64,000 bases of DNA from Candidatus Spongiisociaceae bacterium (GCA_965262915.1 OZ253564.1:4480001-4544000); one strand, 5' to 3'; numbered from the stretch's first letter, positions 1 to 9,690 are shown. Numbers and translations: made by a program. Notes: a model not told the origin generated them from the sequence alone.

Positions 1-360
1 ATCGGGATCCGCGCTTCGTCCAACCCGTCGCGCAGTTCCGCGTCCCGCCAACGGTCCACAACCACCACGGACAGCCGTCCGAAACGGTCCAACGCCACCC
101 GCAGCAGCAGCTCAACATCGACAGCTCGCCGACCCAACGTCAGCACTCCCCGATACAACCCGTCCACCCCGTCACGACGGCCCCGCTCATCAAGGCGCGG
201 GAGATTCGGGAATGCTGACAGACACGCCCGAGCTCCGAACTTCAGCCAATCGGCTACCACCGCCGAATAAGCCGCTCTGGTGCCCAGATCAACGCCCCAC
301 CCCACCGGGCCGACCATCGGCGCCTCCCCCTCGATTCAACACCCACAACCCCGCATCGAG
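1..360 (-). pseudogene. Phage terminase large subunit nuclease-domain-like remnant (5'-truncated, runs off the window edge)
   Basis: Minus-strand translation gives IEGEAPMVGPVGWGVDLGTRAAYSAVV...GRRAVDVELLLRVALDRFG...VVVDRWRDAELRDGL. GxDLG resembles the terminase RNase-H domain. A frameshift lies near 335-340 and there is no room for an ATPase domain before the integrase. Confidence 0.5.
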
Positions 361-404
361 TGGCTTGATAAGGATGCCCCCTCTAGTGGCCGTAGCACGC
401 CGAT

Positions 405-1565
405 TTAGTAGGCGATGTATTCAGCCCAGGCTTCCATGAGTTCACGGCGGCGGGCTAAGTAGTCGGTTCGGGAGTAGCTAAGTTCGACTGGCCCGCCGGT
501 CCGATGTCCGAGCACGGATTCACAAACCTCCCGCGGATAACCCTGGTCAGCCGCCCACGTGCGCAGACTGCTTCGCAATCCGTGAACGGTTCCCGGTATA
601 GCCAGGTCACGGAACACCCGCGCCGGGGTACCGGCGCCGACCGGACGGTCCCCTGACCGCCCGGGGAAGATCAACCCATCCGGCCCTGAATACGTCCGCG
701 CTTCGGCCAACACTTCAACCGCTCGGCTCGACAACGCGACCCTGTGCGGATCGCCGGTCTTTGTCTTGTCTCCCGGAATCGACCACACTGCGGCGGCCCT
801 GTCGATCTCGAACCATTCGGCCATTCTTGTCTCAACAGTCCGAACGCCGGTGAGCGCCAGAAACTCGATCAGCAGCCGGACGGACAGAGACACGTCGGCC
901 CCACGGACACGCCGTAACGCGTCGGCCACCTGATCGGCCCGTAGCGCCCGGAAGTGTTCACGCTTTCGGTTCCCGCCTTTCGGTAGCGCCGCGACCAACG
1001 GAGGTCCTGCCGGGTCGTCGTTACGCCAGCCTTCTGCAACCGCCAACGTGAACACGGCCGACAGCCGTTGCTGCAGCACCCGGCCGACGGACGGTTTGCT
1101 ATGCCAGACCGGGCCGATGATCGCCAACAGATCGCTGGTGGTGATCTTGTCAACCGACTTGCCCATGATCGGCCGGGCGTGGTTGCGGAACGTGTTCCGC
1201 CATGTCACTTCGGTTCGGGATGCCCGCCATCCGTCCCTGCGTAGTTCTATCAGCCGTTCCGCGGCCGCCTCGAACGTCGGTATGCCGCCGCCGCGTGGGT
1301 CGCGTCCGGCGTCGAGTTCCCGCCGGTTGTTTAACGCCATCTTGCGTGCTTGGGCCAGCGTGACCCGCGGGAACGAACCCAGCCCGATCGACGTTGGCCG
1401 CCCGTCGATGACGACCCGTTGCGACCAGGTTCGGGATACCCGACCGTTCGACATCGGTTTGACCAGTAACGAGAGGCCGAAGCCCCCTCTGCCGTCACCG
1501 TACCGACCCGGCCGGGTCACTGTCCGAACGAACGCAGCCGTTAACGGCTTGCCCTTGCGTCTCAC
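405..1565 (-). CDS. P4-like tyrosine recombinase/integrase with N-terminal arm-DNA-binding domain
   Basis: N-terminal arm domain (GRYGDG..GLSL...IGLGSFPRVTLAQAR). Catalytic motifs LTGVR, KTK, HGLR, LGH and Y (SYSR). Confidence 0.93.
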   Translation of the reverse strand: MRRKGKPLTAAFVRTVTRPGRYGDGRGGFGLSLLVKPMSNGRVSRTWSQRVVIDGRPTSIGLGSFPRVTLAQARKMALNNRRELDAGRDPRGGGIPTFEAAAERLIELRRDGWRASRTEVTWRNTFRNHARPIMGKSVDKITTSDLLAIIGPVWHSKPSVGRVLQQRLSAVFTLAVAEGWRNDDPAGPPLVAALPKGGNRKREHFRALRADQVADALRRVRGADVSLSVRLLIEFLALTGVRTVETRMAEWFEIDRAAAVWSIPGDKTKTGDPHRVALSSRAVEVLAEARTYSGPDGLIFPGRSGDRPVGAGTPARVFRDLAIPGTVHGLRSSLRTWAADQGYPREVCESVLGHRTGGPVELSYSRTDYLARRRELMEAWAEYIAY

Positions 1566-1618
1566 CCATTCCCCTTACTTGTTCAGTTACTACATTATAG
1601 ATGATAACTGGGGGTACC

Positions 1619-1700
1619 TAACGAAACAACCTGAGACAAGCCCGGAAACGGAAACCGCTATCTACCAGGGCAGATGATCCATAACGAAACTTCCTGACAC
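1619..1700. repeat. Imperfect 19-bp direct repeat pair upstream of the integrase (candidate arm-type att sites)
   Basis: taacgaaacaacctgagac (1619-1637) and taacgaaacttcctgacac (1682-1700) in an AT-richer stretch. Confidence 0.55.
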
Positions 1701-1761
1701 TTCGCCGGTGAGTCCCACTCCATCTCGGTCATTCCCGGCGGGTGGGACAGGTCGCCGGAGC

Positions 1762-3030
1762 TCACCGTCCCGATCCTCCGACGGGAGCCGACCCTCCGTC
1801 GCCGGGCAGGGCGGCGGACAGATCGCTCTGCTCCCAGCGCACCACGAGGAGACCCGAGCGGGGTTTCGGTGTGAACCAGGTCGACTTGGGCGGCATCAGC
1901 CGACCCGCATCAGCGACGGCCATCATCTCTCCTATCGGAGCCGGGTACATGGCAAAGCCCACCGCGTCAGGATAAGCCGTCACGCGCCTCTCGAGGCGTG
2001 TGACGGCCCCGTCGCCCACCTCGTAGGAAAGCCGCGGGTCTTCGTAGGAGGACACGCTGAGCACCGGCCCCAGGATCATGTCATGAAGGAGACTCACATC
2101 AAGGCTTTCCACCGGATCGTCGGAGCGTGCGCCCCGGAAACTGAGACGGTACCAGACCCCGCCCAGTAACATCGACACCTCGCCCTTGGTCCGGGGTTGG
2201 GCGTCGGTGCCGCCTGCCGGACCGATCTCGGTCATCTCCCAATCCCTCGGCAGCGCCTGCCTGACATCGCCCGCATCGGGCGCCTCGCCAAGCCTGACGG
2301 AGCGGTTGTACTCGAGCGCCCTGAGGTGATCCGTGGGGAACAGGATGGCGAGGAACCATCCGGGGACCGCTTCCGCACGGCACGAGGCAGCTATGCGGTG
2401 ATGGCCGTCGGTGACGTACATGGTACCGATCCGGGCGGTGGCCTCTTCGATCTCGGCGATGCCGGCCGGGTCGGAGATCATCCAGAGTCTCTGGCGCACC
2501 CCATCCATACCCTCGAAGTCCCGGATCGGCGACCTCGACGCCAGGCGCTCCATGAGACTGCGCTGGCCTTCGTCCGCCCGGAATCCCAGCGCGACCGGGC
2601 TGGAGGCCAACCGCGCCATGTGGAAGAAAGCAGCCAGATCCTCCACCCGCTCCTCGATCGTTCCCTCGTGGCCGATGACCCGTCCCCCGGTGATGGCCGA
2701 AACAGGAATGCCGGCCACGATTCCCAACTGGCGATGGCGACCGGTGTCGAGTTCGTACAGGAAGAACGCCCGGGTGGGAAGGGCTTCGAACAACCCCCTA
2801 TCCAGCATCTGTGCGAAGTGATCGGCGGCCCGCTGCGCGATGATGGACCGATGGGGGACCGGTTCAGGAAAGTCAGCCGCCGACAGGGTGACGTTCACGA
2901 AGGAATCGGGCCGCTCGACCGCGTAGCGGTAGCGGCCTCCGCGAGGGATCGAATCGTATTGGGGAGCGACTATGTCGGCTACGCGTTCTGCCCGGGCGAC
3001 CAGCGCTCGGAGGGGGATGGCAGCGGTCAT
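1762..3030 (-). CDS. DUF1015 family protein
   Basis: Motifs APQYD, HEGT, YVTDGHHR and LMPPKSTWFTPKPRSGL are typical of DUF1015. Confidence 0.88.
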   Translation of the reverse strand: MTAAIPLRALVARAERVADIVAPQYDSIPRGGRYRYAVERPDSFVNVTLSAADFPEPVPHRSIIAQRAADHFAQMLDRGLFEALPTRAFFLYELDTGRHRQLGIVAGIPVSAITGGRVIGHEGTIEERVEDLAAFFHMARLASSPVALGFRADEGQRSLMERLASRSPIRDFEGMDGVRQRLWMISDPAGIAEIEEATARIGTMYVTDGHHRIAASCRAEAVPGWFLAILFPTDHLRALEYNRSVRLGEAPDAGDVRQALPRDWEMTEIGPAGGTDAQPRTKGEVSMLLGGVWYRLSFRGARSDDPVESLDVSLLHDMILGPVLSVSSYEDPRLSYEVGDGAVTRLERRVTAYPDAVGFAMYPAPIGEMMAVADAGRLMPPKSTWFTPKPRSGLLVVRWEQSDLSAALPGDGGSAPVGGSGR

Positions 3031-3257
3031 CGGATAGGTACTCCGGTGGGTGGACTTGTGCTTGTCCCGCCCGGCTCGACGGGAGCCGCGCCAGCGGCCC
3101 GGACGTGACCCCGAGACTACCGTCCATGCTCGCAGTATCGGCGGGATACCGCCTCGGGCCCCGATCGCGGACCAACCGAGGAGAATTGGCGCGCCTGCCG
3201 TACATCGTGCTTGTTCGACATTCTCGGGGGACGCCGCCCCGGATCACCCATGATGTA

Positions 3258-3279
3258 TGTCACACCCCCCTGATAACTT
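3258..3279 (+). promoter_or_regulatory. RecA-NDp/PafBC-like promoter (TGTCAC-N10-TAACTT)
   Basis: tgtcac acccccctga ta act t matches the TGTCGG-N10-TA-N3-T spacing with 2 mismatches in the upstream hexamer. It lies 7 nt before an ATG and upstream of adnAB-like genes. Confidence 0.55.
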
Positions 3280-3286
3280 GAACAGC

Positions 3287-3430
3287 ATGATGAAACACGA
3301 CAGAGACGAACCAACCATCGAGGTCAATGCCTTCGCGGCGGCCGAGCGTGCCCTGCTCGAAGCAGGGATCGGGTTCACCGTGGTGGAAGGACCCACCCGC
3401 CAGACCGCCGAACCGTCCCTTGCCGCCTGA
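3287..3430 (+). CDS. Leaderless 47-aa small protein ending in -LAA (absent from the ORF track)
   Basis: MMKHDRDEPTIEVNAFAAAERALLEAGIGFTVVEGPTRQTAEPSLAA*. GC3-rich codons; ATG sits directly behind a -10 hexamer. Confidence 0.55.
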   Translation: MMKHDRDEPTIEVNAFAAAERALLEAGIGFTVVEGPTRQTAEPSLAA

Positions 3431-3505
3431 CCCGGAACGGGACCGAAACTCGGGACTCACGCCGGCGCCGGACGGGCACGGGCAGCGCAGCGCGGGGACG
3501 GTGGC

Positions 3506-6499
3506 GTGACCAAGTCGGCATGCGACTCGAAGCTCGACGAACGTCGCCTCGAACCGCCCGACTGGCCCGAAGCCATCTCCACAACGGAAGGACCCCAGCT
3601 GGTGGTGGCCGGTCCCGGCGCGGGCAAGACCGAGTTCCTGGTGCGCCGTGTGGCCCACCTGGTCGATGAATCCCGCGTACCGGGATCGGCCATCCTCGCC
3701 CTGACGTTCTCGAGACGTGCCGCCGCCGGTCTCGACAGACGTATCGGCGCGGCGACGCGCAGCCTCGCCGGCGGAGTGGGTGCTTCCACGTTCCACTCCT
3801 TCGCCTACCGGCTCCTGGAGTTGCACGCACCCGATGCGTTCGGCTGGAACGAGATGCCCGCCATCCTCACCGGTCCGGAACAGGTCGAGTTGGTCTCCGA
3901 ACTGCTTGCGGACGATCCGGTCGCGCCCTGGCCCACGGCCTTCAAGGACTTGCTCGCCACCAGGACCCTGGCCGAGGAGGTCACCGAGTTCATCCTGCGA
4001 GTCCGGGAACGCATGCTCGACTCGGGCGAGGTACGGCGCCGGTGCGCCGAGCGGGAAGACTGGCGAGCCCTTCCCCGGTTCGTCGCCCGCTACGACCGGG
4101 CGCTGCAGCACCTCAACCGCATCGACTACGGCACCCTGCTGAACAGGGCCGTCGAGGTCATGGAGGACCGGTCGGCGCGCGAGGAGATCGGCAGGCAGTA
4201 CAGGTACCTCCTGGTGGACGAGTACCAGGACACCACCCTGGCACAGGCCACGCTGCTGCGGGCTCTCACCGAACGCGACGGCAACCTCACGGCCGCCGCC
4301 GACCCGTACCAGTCGATATACGCGTTCCGGGGCGCCGAACTCTCCAACGTGACACGATTCGCCGAGGACTTCGGCCGACCCGGCGGTGACCGGGTGCGCA
4401 GGTGGGTGCTGGGTACCTCGTTCCGGGTCCCGGCCCGGATCCTCCGGGCCGCCGAACGCCTGACCGCAGGAGTCGAGCTGCCCGGAGTGGCCGGTCCGGT
4501 CGCTCCCGCTCCCCACCCGGGCCGGGTGGACCTCCACGTCTTCGACCAGGAGTCGGAGGAGTCGGAATGGATCGCCGCCGAAGCCGCCCGGCTCCACATC
4601 GAGCAGGAGGTTCCCTACCGCAGGATGGCGGTATTGGTACGTACCAAGCGCCGCCTCCTGAAAGAGCTTTCCCGCGCCCTGGAACGCCGTTCGATCCCCC
4701 ATGACCGTCCTGACATACGGCTGGTGGACCATCCCGCCGCCCGTATGATCTTCGACCTCGCCCGATCGGCTACCGCACCCGATCGTCACGCCGCCGCTCC
4801 CCCCCTGCGCCGGCTGCTGCTCGGGCCGCTGTTCGATCTCGGAATCGGTCGCCTGCGCCGGATCGAGCGCGGCCTCCTTTCCGCCGATACGACCTGGGCC
4901 GCGGTCATCGGACGGGAAGTGGAAGGGGGCCAGGCCCTGGGCCTGCTGCTCGAAGATCCCTCATGGACGCGCCGATCCGCCCTCGACGCCTTCTGGCACG
5001 TCTGGACCGGCCTTCCCCAGTTCGCTCCGCTGGTGACCGATCCCCGCCGGGGGGAGTTCCGGGCCGCGTGGGCCAGCCTCGCCCAGACCCTCGTCCGGGT
5101 AGCCGAGCGCAACCCGGCCACGACCCTGGTGGACTACATGAGGCTGGTCGAGTCCGACGACTTCGAGGCCAGCCCACTGCTCAGCCACCGGGACCCGGCC
5201 GAGGACCGGATGGTCCTTACCACCCTGCATCAGGCCAAGGGTCTCGAATTCGACGTCGTGTTCATCGCCGACGCCACCGAAGGGGTACTACCGGACCTCC
5301 GGCGGCACCAATCGCTGCTCCAGACCGAGCAACTCGATCCCGGCAGATCGCGGAACGGCAACGCCACGCGGCGCCGCATCCAGGAGGAGACCCGCTTGGT
5401 CTACACCGCGATGACCCGAGCCCGCCGCAGGGTCGTGGTGACTGCCACCAGCGCCGGGCCGGGCGAGGAACATCACCGTCCCAGCCGGTTCCTGGACGTG
5501 ATAGCGGGCGACGATCTGACCGTCGGCGTCGGCGATCGGAGAAAGGCACGGCCCCTCACCCCCAGGGAGGCAGAGACCTGGCTCCGTGCCATCCTCGCCG
5601 ATCCGGCCGAGCCCGGGCACCGCCGCCTGGGCGCGGCCCGGGTGCTGGCCATCAACATCCATCCCGGACTGCGGTCGCCACGAACGTACGCGGCGGTACG
5701 CCGCCTCGAGGCTGACACCGGCCTGCTGCCCGCGGGCCGGCGGCTCTCCCCGACCGACGCCGCTTCCTACGACACCTGCCCGAGGGAATTCGCGCTGATC
5801 CGCGTGCTGAAGGTGAGACCTCCCGGGGGCCCCCACCTCACATTCGGCAACCTGATCCACACCGTGCTCGAACGGGCCGAGATACAGGCGGCCGGCGAGG
5901 GCCGCACGTCCGGTCTCGATGAGGCCCTTGCCTACCTCGCCGAGGAGTTTCCCCATCATGACCTCGGCGCCGGCTCGATCCGGGAGGCATGGTGGCGGCG
6001 GGCCGTCCTGCTGCTGAGCCGCCTGTACGCCGGCTGGCCTCACCCCGAGGCCACCGCCGTGCTGCTGGAGCACGGTGTGGAGACGGAACTGGGGGGTTCG
6101 GTCTGGCGGGGACGTATCGACCGTATCGAGCAGGACCCCGACGGCACGCTTCGCATCGTCGACTACAAGACCGGCAAGACACCGCCGCCCATCCGGGAGG
6201 CGTCCGAGTCCCTACAACTCGGCTTCTACTCGTTGGCCGCCCGGGAGGACGACACCGTGGGAATCCACGGGCCGGTTCACCAAGCCGAGTTCTGGCACCC
6301 GCTGGCCACGTCTCCGCGGCGACGGGTCACATCGTTCGACCCGGCCCGACTCGAGGAAACCCGAGCCCGGTTGGTGGAGATCGCCGGGATGATCGCCCGT
6401 GAGGACTGGACTCCCAAGCCCGGGGACGCCTGCCGCCGGTGCGAGGTCAAGCCCGTCTGCCCGGCCTGGCCGGAGGGGCAGGAAGCCTACCGCCGATGA
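3506..6499 (+). CDS. adnA: AdnA-like SF1 (UvrD-type) helicase with C-terminal PD-(D/E)XK nuclease
   Basis: AGPGAGKT, LVDEYQD, QSIYAFRGA, TLHQAKGLEF; nuclease GRID..IVDYKTG..LQLGFY; four Cys (CPRE, CRRCEVKPVC). Paired with a second helicase-nuclease. Confidence 0.85.
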   Translation: MTKSACDSKLDERRLEPPDWPEAISTTEGPQLVVAGPGAGKTEFLVRRVAHLVDESRVPGSAILALTFSRRAAAGLDRRIGAATRSLAGGVGASTFHSFAYRLLELHAPDAFGWNEMPAILTGPEQVELVSELLADDPVAPWPTAFKDLLATRTLAEEVTEFILRVRERMLDSGEVRRRCAEREDWRALPRFVARYDRALQHLNRIDYGTLLNRAVEVMEDRSAREEIGRQYRYLLVDEYQDTTLAQATLLRALTERDGNLTAAADPYQSIYAFRGAELSNVTRFAEDFGRPGGDRVRRWVLGTSFRVPARILRAAERLTAGVELPGVAGPVAPAPHPGRVDLHVFDQESEESEWIAAEAARLHIEQEVPYRRMAVLVRTKRRLLKELSRALERRSIPHDRPDIRLVDHPAARMIFDLARSATAPDRHAAAPPLRRLLLGPLFDLGIGRLRRIERGLLSADTTWAAVIGREVEGGQALGLLLEDPSWTRRSALDAFWHVWTGLPQFAPLVTDPRRGEFRAAWASLAQTLVRVAERNPATTLVDYMRLVESDDFEASPLLSHRDPAEDRMVLTTLHQAKGLEFDVVFIADATEGVLPDLRRHQSLLQTEQLDPGRSRNGNATRRRIQEETRLVYTAMTRARRRVVVTATSAGPGEEHHRPSRFLDVIAGDDLTVGVGDRRKARPLTPREAETWLRAILADPAEPGHRRLGAARVLAINIHPGLRSPRTYAAVRRLEADTGLLPAGRRLSPTDAASYDTCPREFALIRVLKVRPPGGPHLTFGNLIHTVLERAEIQAAGEGRTSGLDEALAYLAEEFPHHDLGAGSIREAWWRRAVLLLSRLYAGWPHPEATAVLLEHGVETELGGSVWRGRIDRIEQDPDGTLRIVDYKTGKTPPPIREASESLQLGFYSLAAREDDTVGIHGPVHQAEFWHPLATSPRRRVTSFDPARLEETRARLVEIAGMIAREDWTPKPGDACRRCEVKPVCPAWPEGQEAYRR

Positions 6500-9400
6500 C
6501 CTTCGTCCCCTCTGCCGAGCAACGTGCTGTGATCGAGTACGGCTTGGAACCGCTGCGGGTAAGCGCCGGCGCGGGTACCGGCAAGACCTCCACGCTGGCG
6601 CATCGCATGGCCCGTCTGGTGGACCGCGGCGGCATCCTCCCGGAACAGGTCCTGGGCGTTACCTTCACCAACAAGGCCGCCGACGAGCTGGCGAGGCGGA
6701 TCCGCGAGGTCCGGGCAGGCGCCTCGGTGCCCGGCCATGAAGTGGACGTATTCACCTACCACGGCTTCGCCGCCCATCTCCTGCGGGCGTATGGGGTTCT
6801 GGTCGGGATGGAGCGCGACACCCGGATCATCACCCCTCCGCTCACCCGCCGGATCCTGCGCGAATGCGTGACCGCCACACCCTTCGAGGTGGTCGACACC
6901 ACCAACGTCCGCGGCGTCATCGACAGCCTGATCAAGCTCTCGGGCGAGCTGGCGGACAACCTGATCCACCCGGACGCGCTCCTCACCGGGACCCCGACCG
7001 ACGAGGTGGAGGCACGGAGGGCCGAGCTGGCCACCGCTCTGGTGGGATTCGAGGAGGCGAAGCGTCGGCTGGGTGTCTGTGACTACGGCGACCTGATGCG
7101 GCTGGCTGTCGACCTCGTCCGGGATCATCCCGTGGTGGCGGACCGGATCCGGGTCCGGTACAGGTGCGTGCTGCTCGACGAGTACCAGGACACCAACCCG
7201 GCCCAGCGGGAGCTCTTCGCGAGCCTCTTCGGGCGGGAAGTGCCGGTGACGGCCGTGGGCGACCTCGATCAGACCATCTACGAGTGGAGAGGCGCCAGCC
7301 CGGCCAACTTCGAGGGTTTCCCCGGCCGGTTCCGCCGCACGGACGGCTTGGCGGCCCGAACGCTGCGGCTGTCGTTCAACCGCCGCTCGGGACAGCGGAT
7401 CCTGGATCTGGCCAACCGTATCCGGACCCGGATCTCGGTGACCGATCCGGCCGGGGACCTGGTGGCCCTCGACGGTACCCCACCCGGCGAAGTACACGTC
7501 TCCTGGCACGACGACGCCCGGCGGGAAGCGGAGGAGATCGCCTACGAGACGCGGCGCCTGCACGAGGGAGGGGTTGCGTGGTCGGACATGGCGGTGCTGT
7601 TCCGTCGGAACCGGGACATCGAACCGGTCCGGCTCGCCTTGGAGGAGCACGACGTTCCACTCCAGGTCGCCGACCTCGGAGGGCTCCTCCAGGTTCCCGA
7701 GATAGTTGAGATCCACGCATGGTTGCGGCTCCTGGCCGATCCCGAGGACGGTCCGGCTCTGGTCCGTATCCTGGTGGGATCCCGGTTCAGGCTCGGCCTG
7801 TCGGACTTGGCGCCGCTGTCCAGATGGGTGGCGGAGCAGTCTCGCCGCACCGATGATCGATCCCTCGGGCACACCCTCGTCGAAGCCCTCGAACACCTCG
7901 ATGCCATCGGCGTGACGGGCGAGCGGCGGGAGTCCCTGGATGGGTTCCGGCAGCTCTACCGCACGCTGCTGGCCGAATCCCAGGGCACCAACCTCTCCGA
8001 CCTGGTCCGCCTGATCATGTCGAGAACCGGGGCCTGGCAGGAGATCGAGGCCATGCCCGCCCCTGCCGACCTCACAGCCCGGCTCAACGTGCATCGCTTC
8101 CTCGACTTCTCCGAGCATTGGAACCCGCTAGGAGGGTGGTCAAAATCCCCCCGCTGCCCGTCGGTTGATGACATAATCCCTGGTCAGCGGGCGACGGGCA
8201 CCAGCACCCGATCATTTTGCACCACCCTCCTCGAGGGAGGATCCTCGCTGGAAGCCTTCCTGGAGCAACTGGAGTCGATACGCGGCGATCCGGCCGAAGG
8301 GCTGGACACCGCCCGGATCGGCGGCGAGGACGCCGTGACCCTCATGACCGTCCACCGGGCCAAGGGGCTGGAGTGGCGAGCGGTGTTCCTCCCGGCGCTG
8401 TACCGTGGCAACTTCCCGGCCACCCCCCGCCAACTGCTCGATCCCGCCCGATGCGACTTCACCCTCCCGGCCCACCTGCGCATCGACACCGAGTTCAGGA
8501 CCCATCTCGATCCCTCCGCCGACCACAAGGAACGCCGGGAATGGCTCCGGTCCCGCCACTACGACCAGGAATGGCGCCTGGCCTACGTGGCCTCCACCCG
8601 CGCCAAGCAGTACCTGTACCTGAGCGGGGCCCACTGGTACGGGATCCCGCAACCCCACAAGAAGCCTTCCCGACCGAGCGACCTCATGGAGACCGCCCGC
8701 CGTCTCGACGGGGTGATGATCGACCGGTGGACCGCCCAACCGCCTCCCCGACCCGAGACGCTACGGTTCCCGGCTCTCCAACCGGGACCGGACCCGGTCC
8801 TCGGAGTGACCTGGGAGGAAGCCCTCCACAAGATTCTTGCGGATCCCGACTGGGCGGCCCACCGGGCCGGGCATCTGGGTGTCAGGGACCTCTACGATGA
8901 GTCCGTGGAGGAGTTCGAACAAACGCTTCTGGACCTCCCCGAGCCTGCTGAGTCCGAGCCCGCACCGAGCCGGACCACCGTGAGCGTTACGGGTCTGGTC
9001 ACCTATGCGGACTGCCCGAAGCGCTACTTCTGGTCGGAGGTCGACCGGCTTCCCCGTCGACCCGGCCCCGCAGCCCGGCGGGGCACCCAGTTACATCGGC
9101 GGATCGAACTCCACAACCGGGGCATGGTCCCTTTCGACGATCTCGAGGACGACCTCTACGACCGGTCGACCGACGAGGGCATCGTCGGAGCCAGGCGCCC
9201 CGGCAGCAGTTGGAGCGCCTTCCACGGATCGCGCTACGCGACCCTAACTCCCATCCATGTTGAGATCCCTTTCGAGCTCCGACTCTCCGATGACACGTGG
9301 ATACGGGGTCGGGTGGATGCGGTGTACCCGCACGGGGACCGCGGTTGGGAAATCGTCGACTTCAAGTCGGGACGCCGGTCCGATCGCGCTTCCCGCGACG

Positions 9401-9690
9401 TGCAGCTACAGGCCTACGCGGTGGCCGCCGACCACGAGAGCCTGGGCTCTCCCCGGCCCGAGTCGCTTCGAGTCTCGTTTGTGTACCTCGGCGACGGGTT
9501 GGAAGTCGTGGACCAGGAGGTCGACCAGACATGGCTGGCAGAGGCAAGAGAGCGCATCCTCCGGCTCGTCGAGGACATCCGCGCTGGGCGGTTCGAGCCC
9601 ACGCCTTCCACAGCATGCCGCACCTGCGACTTCCGCAACTTCTGCGAGGAAGGGAAGCAGTTCCTCTCGGCCGCGACCAGGGACCGGTAA
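6496..9690 (+). CDS. adnB: AdnB-like SF1 helicase with C-terminal PD-(D/E)XK nuclease; carries a 34-aa in-frame repeat insertion
   Basis: ATG at 6496 overlaps the adnA stop (ATGA). AGAGTGKT, LDEYQD, TVHRAKGLEW, YVASTRAK; GRVD..IVDFKSG..VQLQAY; four Cys. Confidence 0.85.
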   Translation: MTFVPSAEQRAVIEYGLEPLRVSAGAGTGKTSTLAHRMARLVDRGGILPEQVLGVTFTNKAADELARRIREVRAGASVPGHEVDVFTYHGFAAHLLRAYGVLVGMERDTRIITPPLTRRILRECVTATPFEVVDTTNVRGVIDSLIKLSGELADNLIHPDALLTGTPTDEVEARRAELATALVGFEEAKRRLGVCDYGDLMRLAVDLVRDHPVVADRIRVRYRCVLLDEYQDTNPAQRELFASLFGREVPVTAVGDLDQTIYEWRGASPANFEGFPGRFRRTDGLAARTLRLSFNRRSGQRILDLANRIRTRISVTDPAGDLVALDGTPPGEVHVSWHDDARREAEEIAYETRRLHEGGVAWSDMAVLFRRNRDIEPVRLALEEHDVPLQVADLGGLLQVPEIVEIHAWLRLLADPEDGPALVRILVGSRFRLGLSDLAPLSRWVAEQSRRTDDRSLGHTLVEALEHLDAIGVTGERRESLDGFRQLYRTLLAESQGTNLSDLVRLIMSRTGAWQEIEAMPAPADLTARLNVHRFLDFSEHWNPLGGWSKSPRCPSVDDIIPGQRATGTSTRSFCTTLLEGGSSLEAFLEQLESIRGDPAEGLDTARIGGEDAVTLMTVHRAKGLEWRAVFLPALYRGNFPATPRQLLDPARCDFTLPAHLRIDTEFRTHLDPSADHKERREWLRSRHYDQEWRLAYVASTRAKQYLYLSGAHWYGIPQPHKKPSRPSDLMETARRLDGVMIDRWTAQPPPRPETLRFPALQPGPDPVLGVTWEEALHKILADPDWAAHRAGHLGVRDLYDESVEEFEQTLLDLPEPAESEPAPSRTTVSVTGLVTYADCPKRYFWSEVDRLPRRPGPAARRGTQLHRRIELHNRGMVPFDDLEDDLYDRSTDEGIVGARRPGSSWSAFHGSRYATLTPIHVEIPFELRLSDDTWIRGRVDAVYPHGDRGWEIVDFKSGRRSDRASRDVQLQAYAVAADHESLGSPRPESLRVSFVYLGDGLEVVDQEVDQTWLAEARERILRLVEDIRAGRFEPTPSTACRTCDFRNFCEEGKQFLSAATRDR
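8128..8233. mobile_element. Family A miniature inverted-repeat element inserted in frame in adnB
   Basis: TIRs gagggtggtcaaaat / attttgcaccaccctc, flanked by CTAG/CTCG. Net 102 nt. Interior aligns with the reverse complement of the intergenic copy at 28333-28439. Confidence 0.85.

Noticed and set aside
1700-1740. tRNA 3' fragment as integrase att site
   Set aside because: No GTTCGA T-loop or CCA end can be read on either strand.
3203-3218. LexA box upstream of adnAB
   Set aside because: Only the GTTCGA half-site is present; the left half does not match.
3506-9690. Helicase-nuclease pair as a Cas4-linked or anti-phage defence system
   Set aside because: Architecture, tandem arrangement and housekeeping context fit AdnAB end-resection enzymes, and no cas or defence genes are adjacent.
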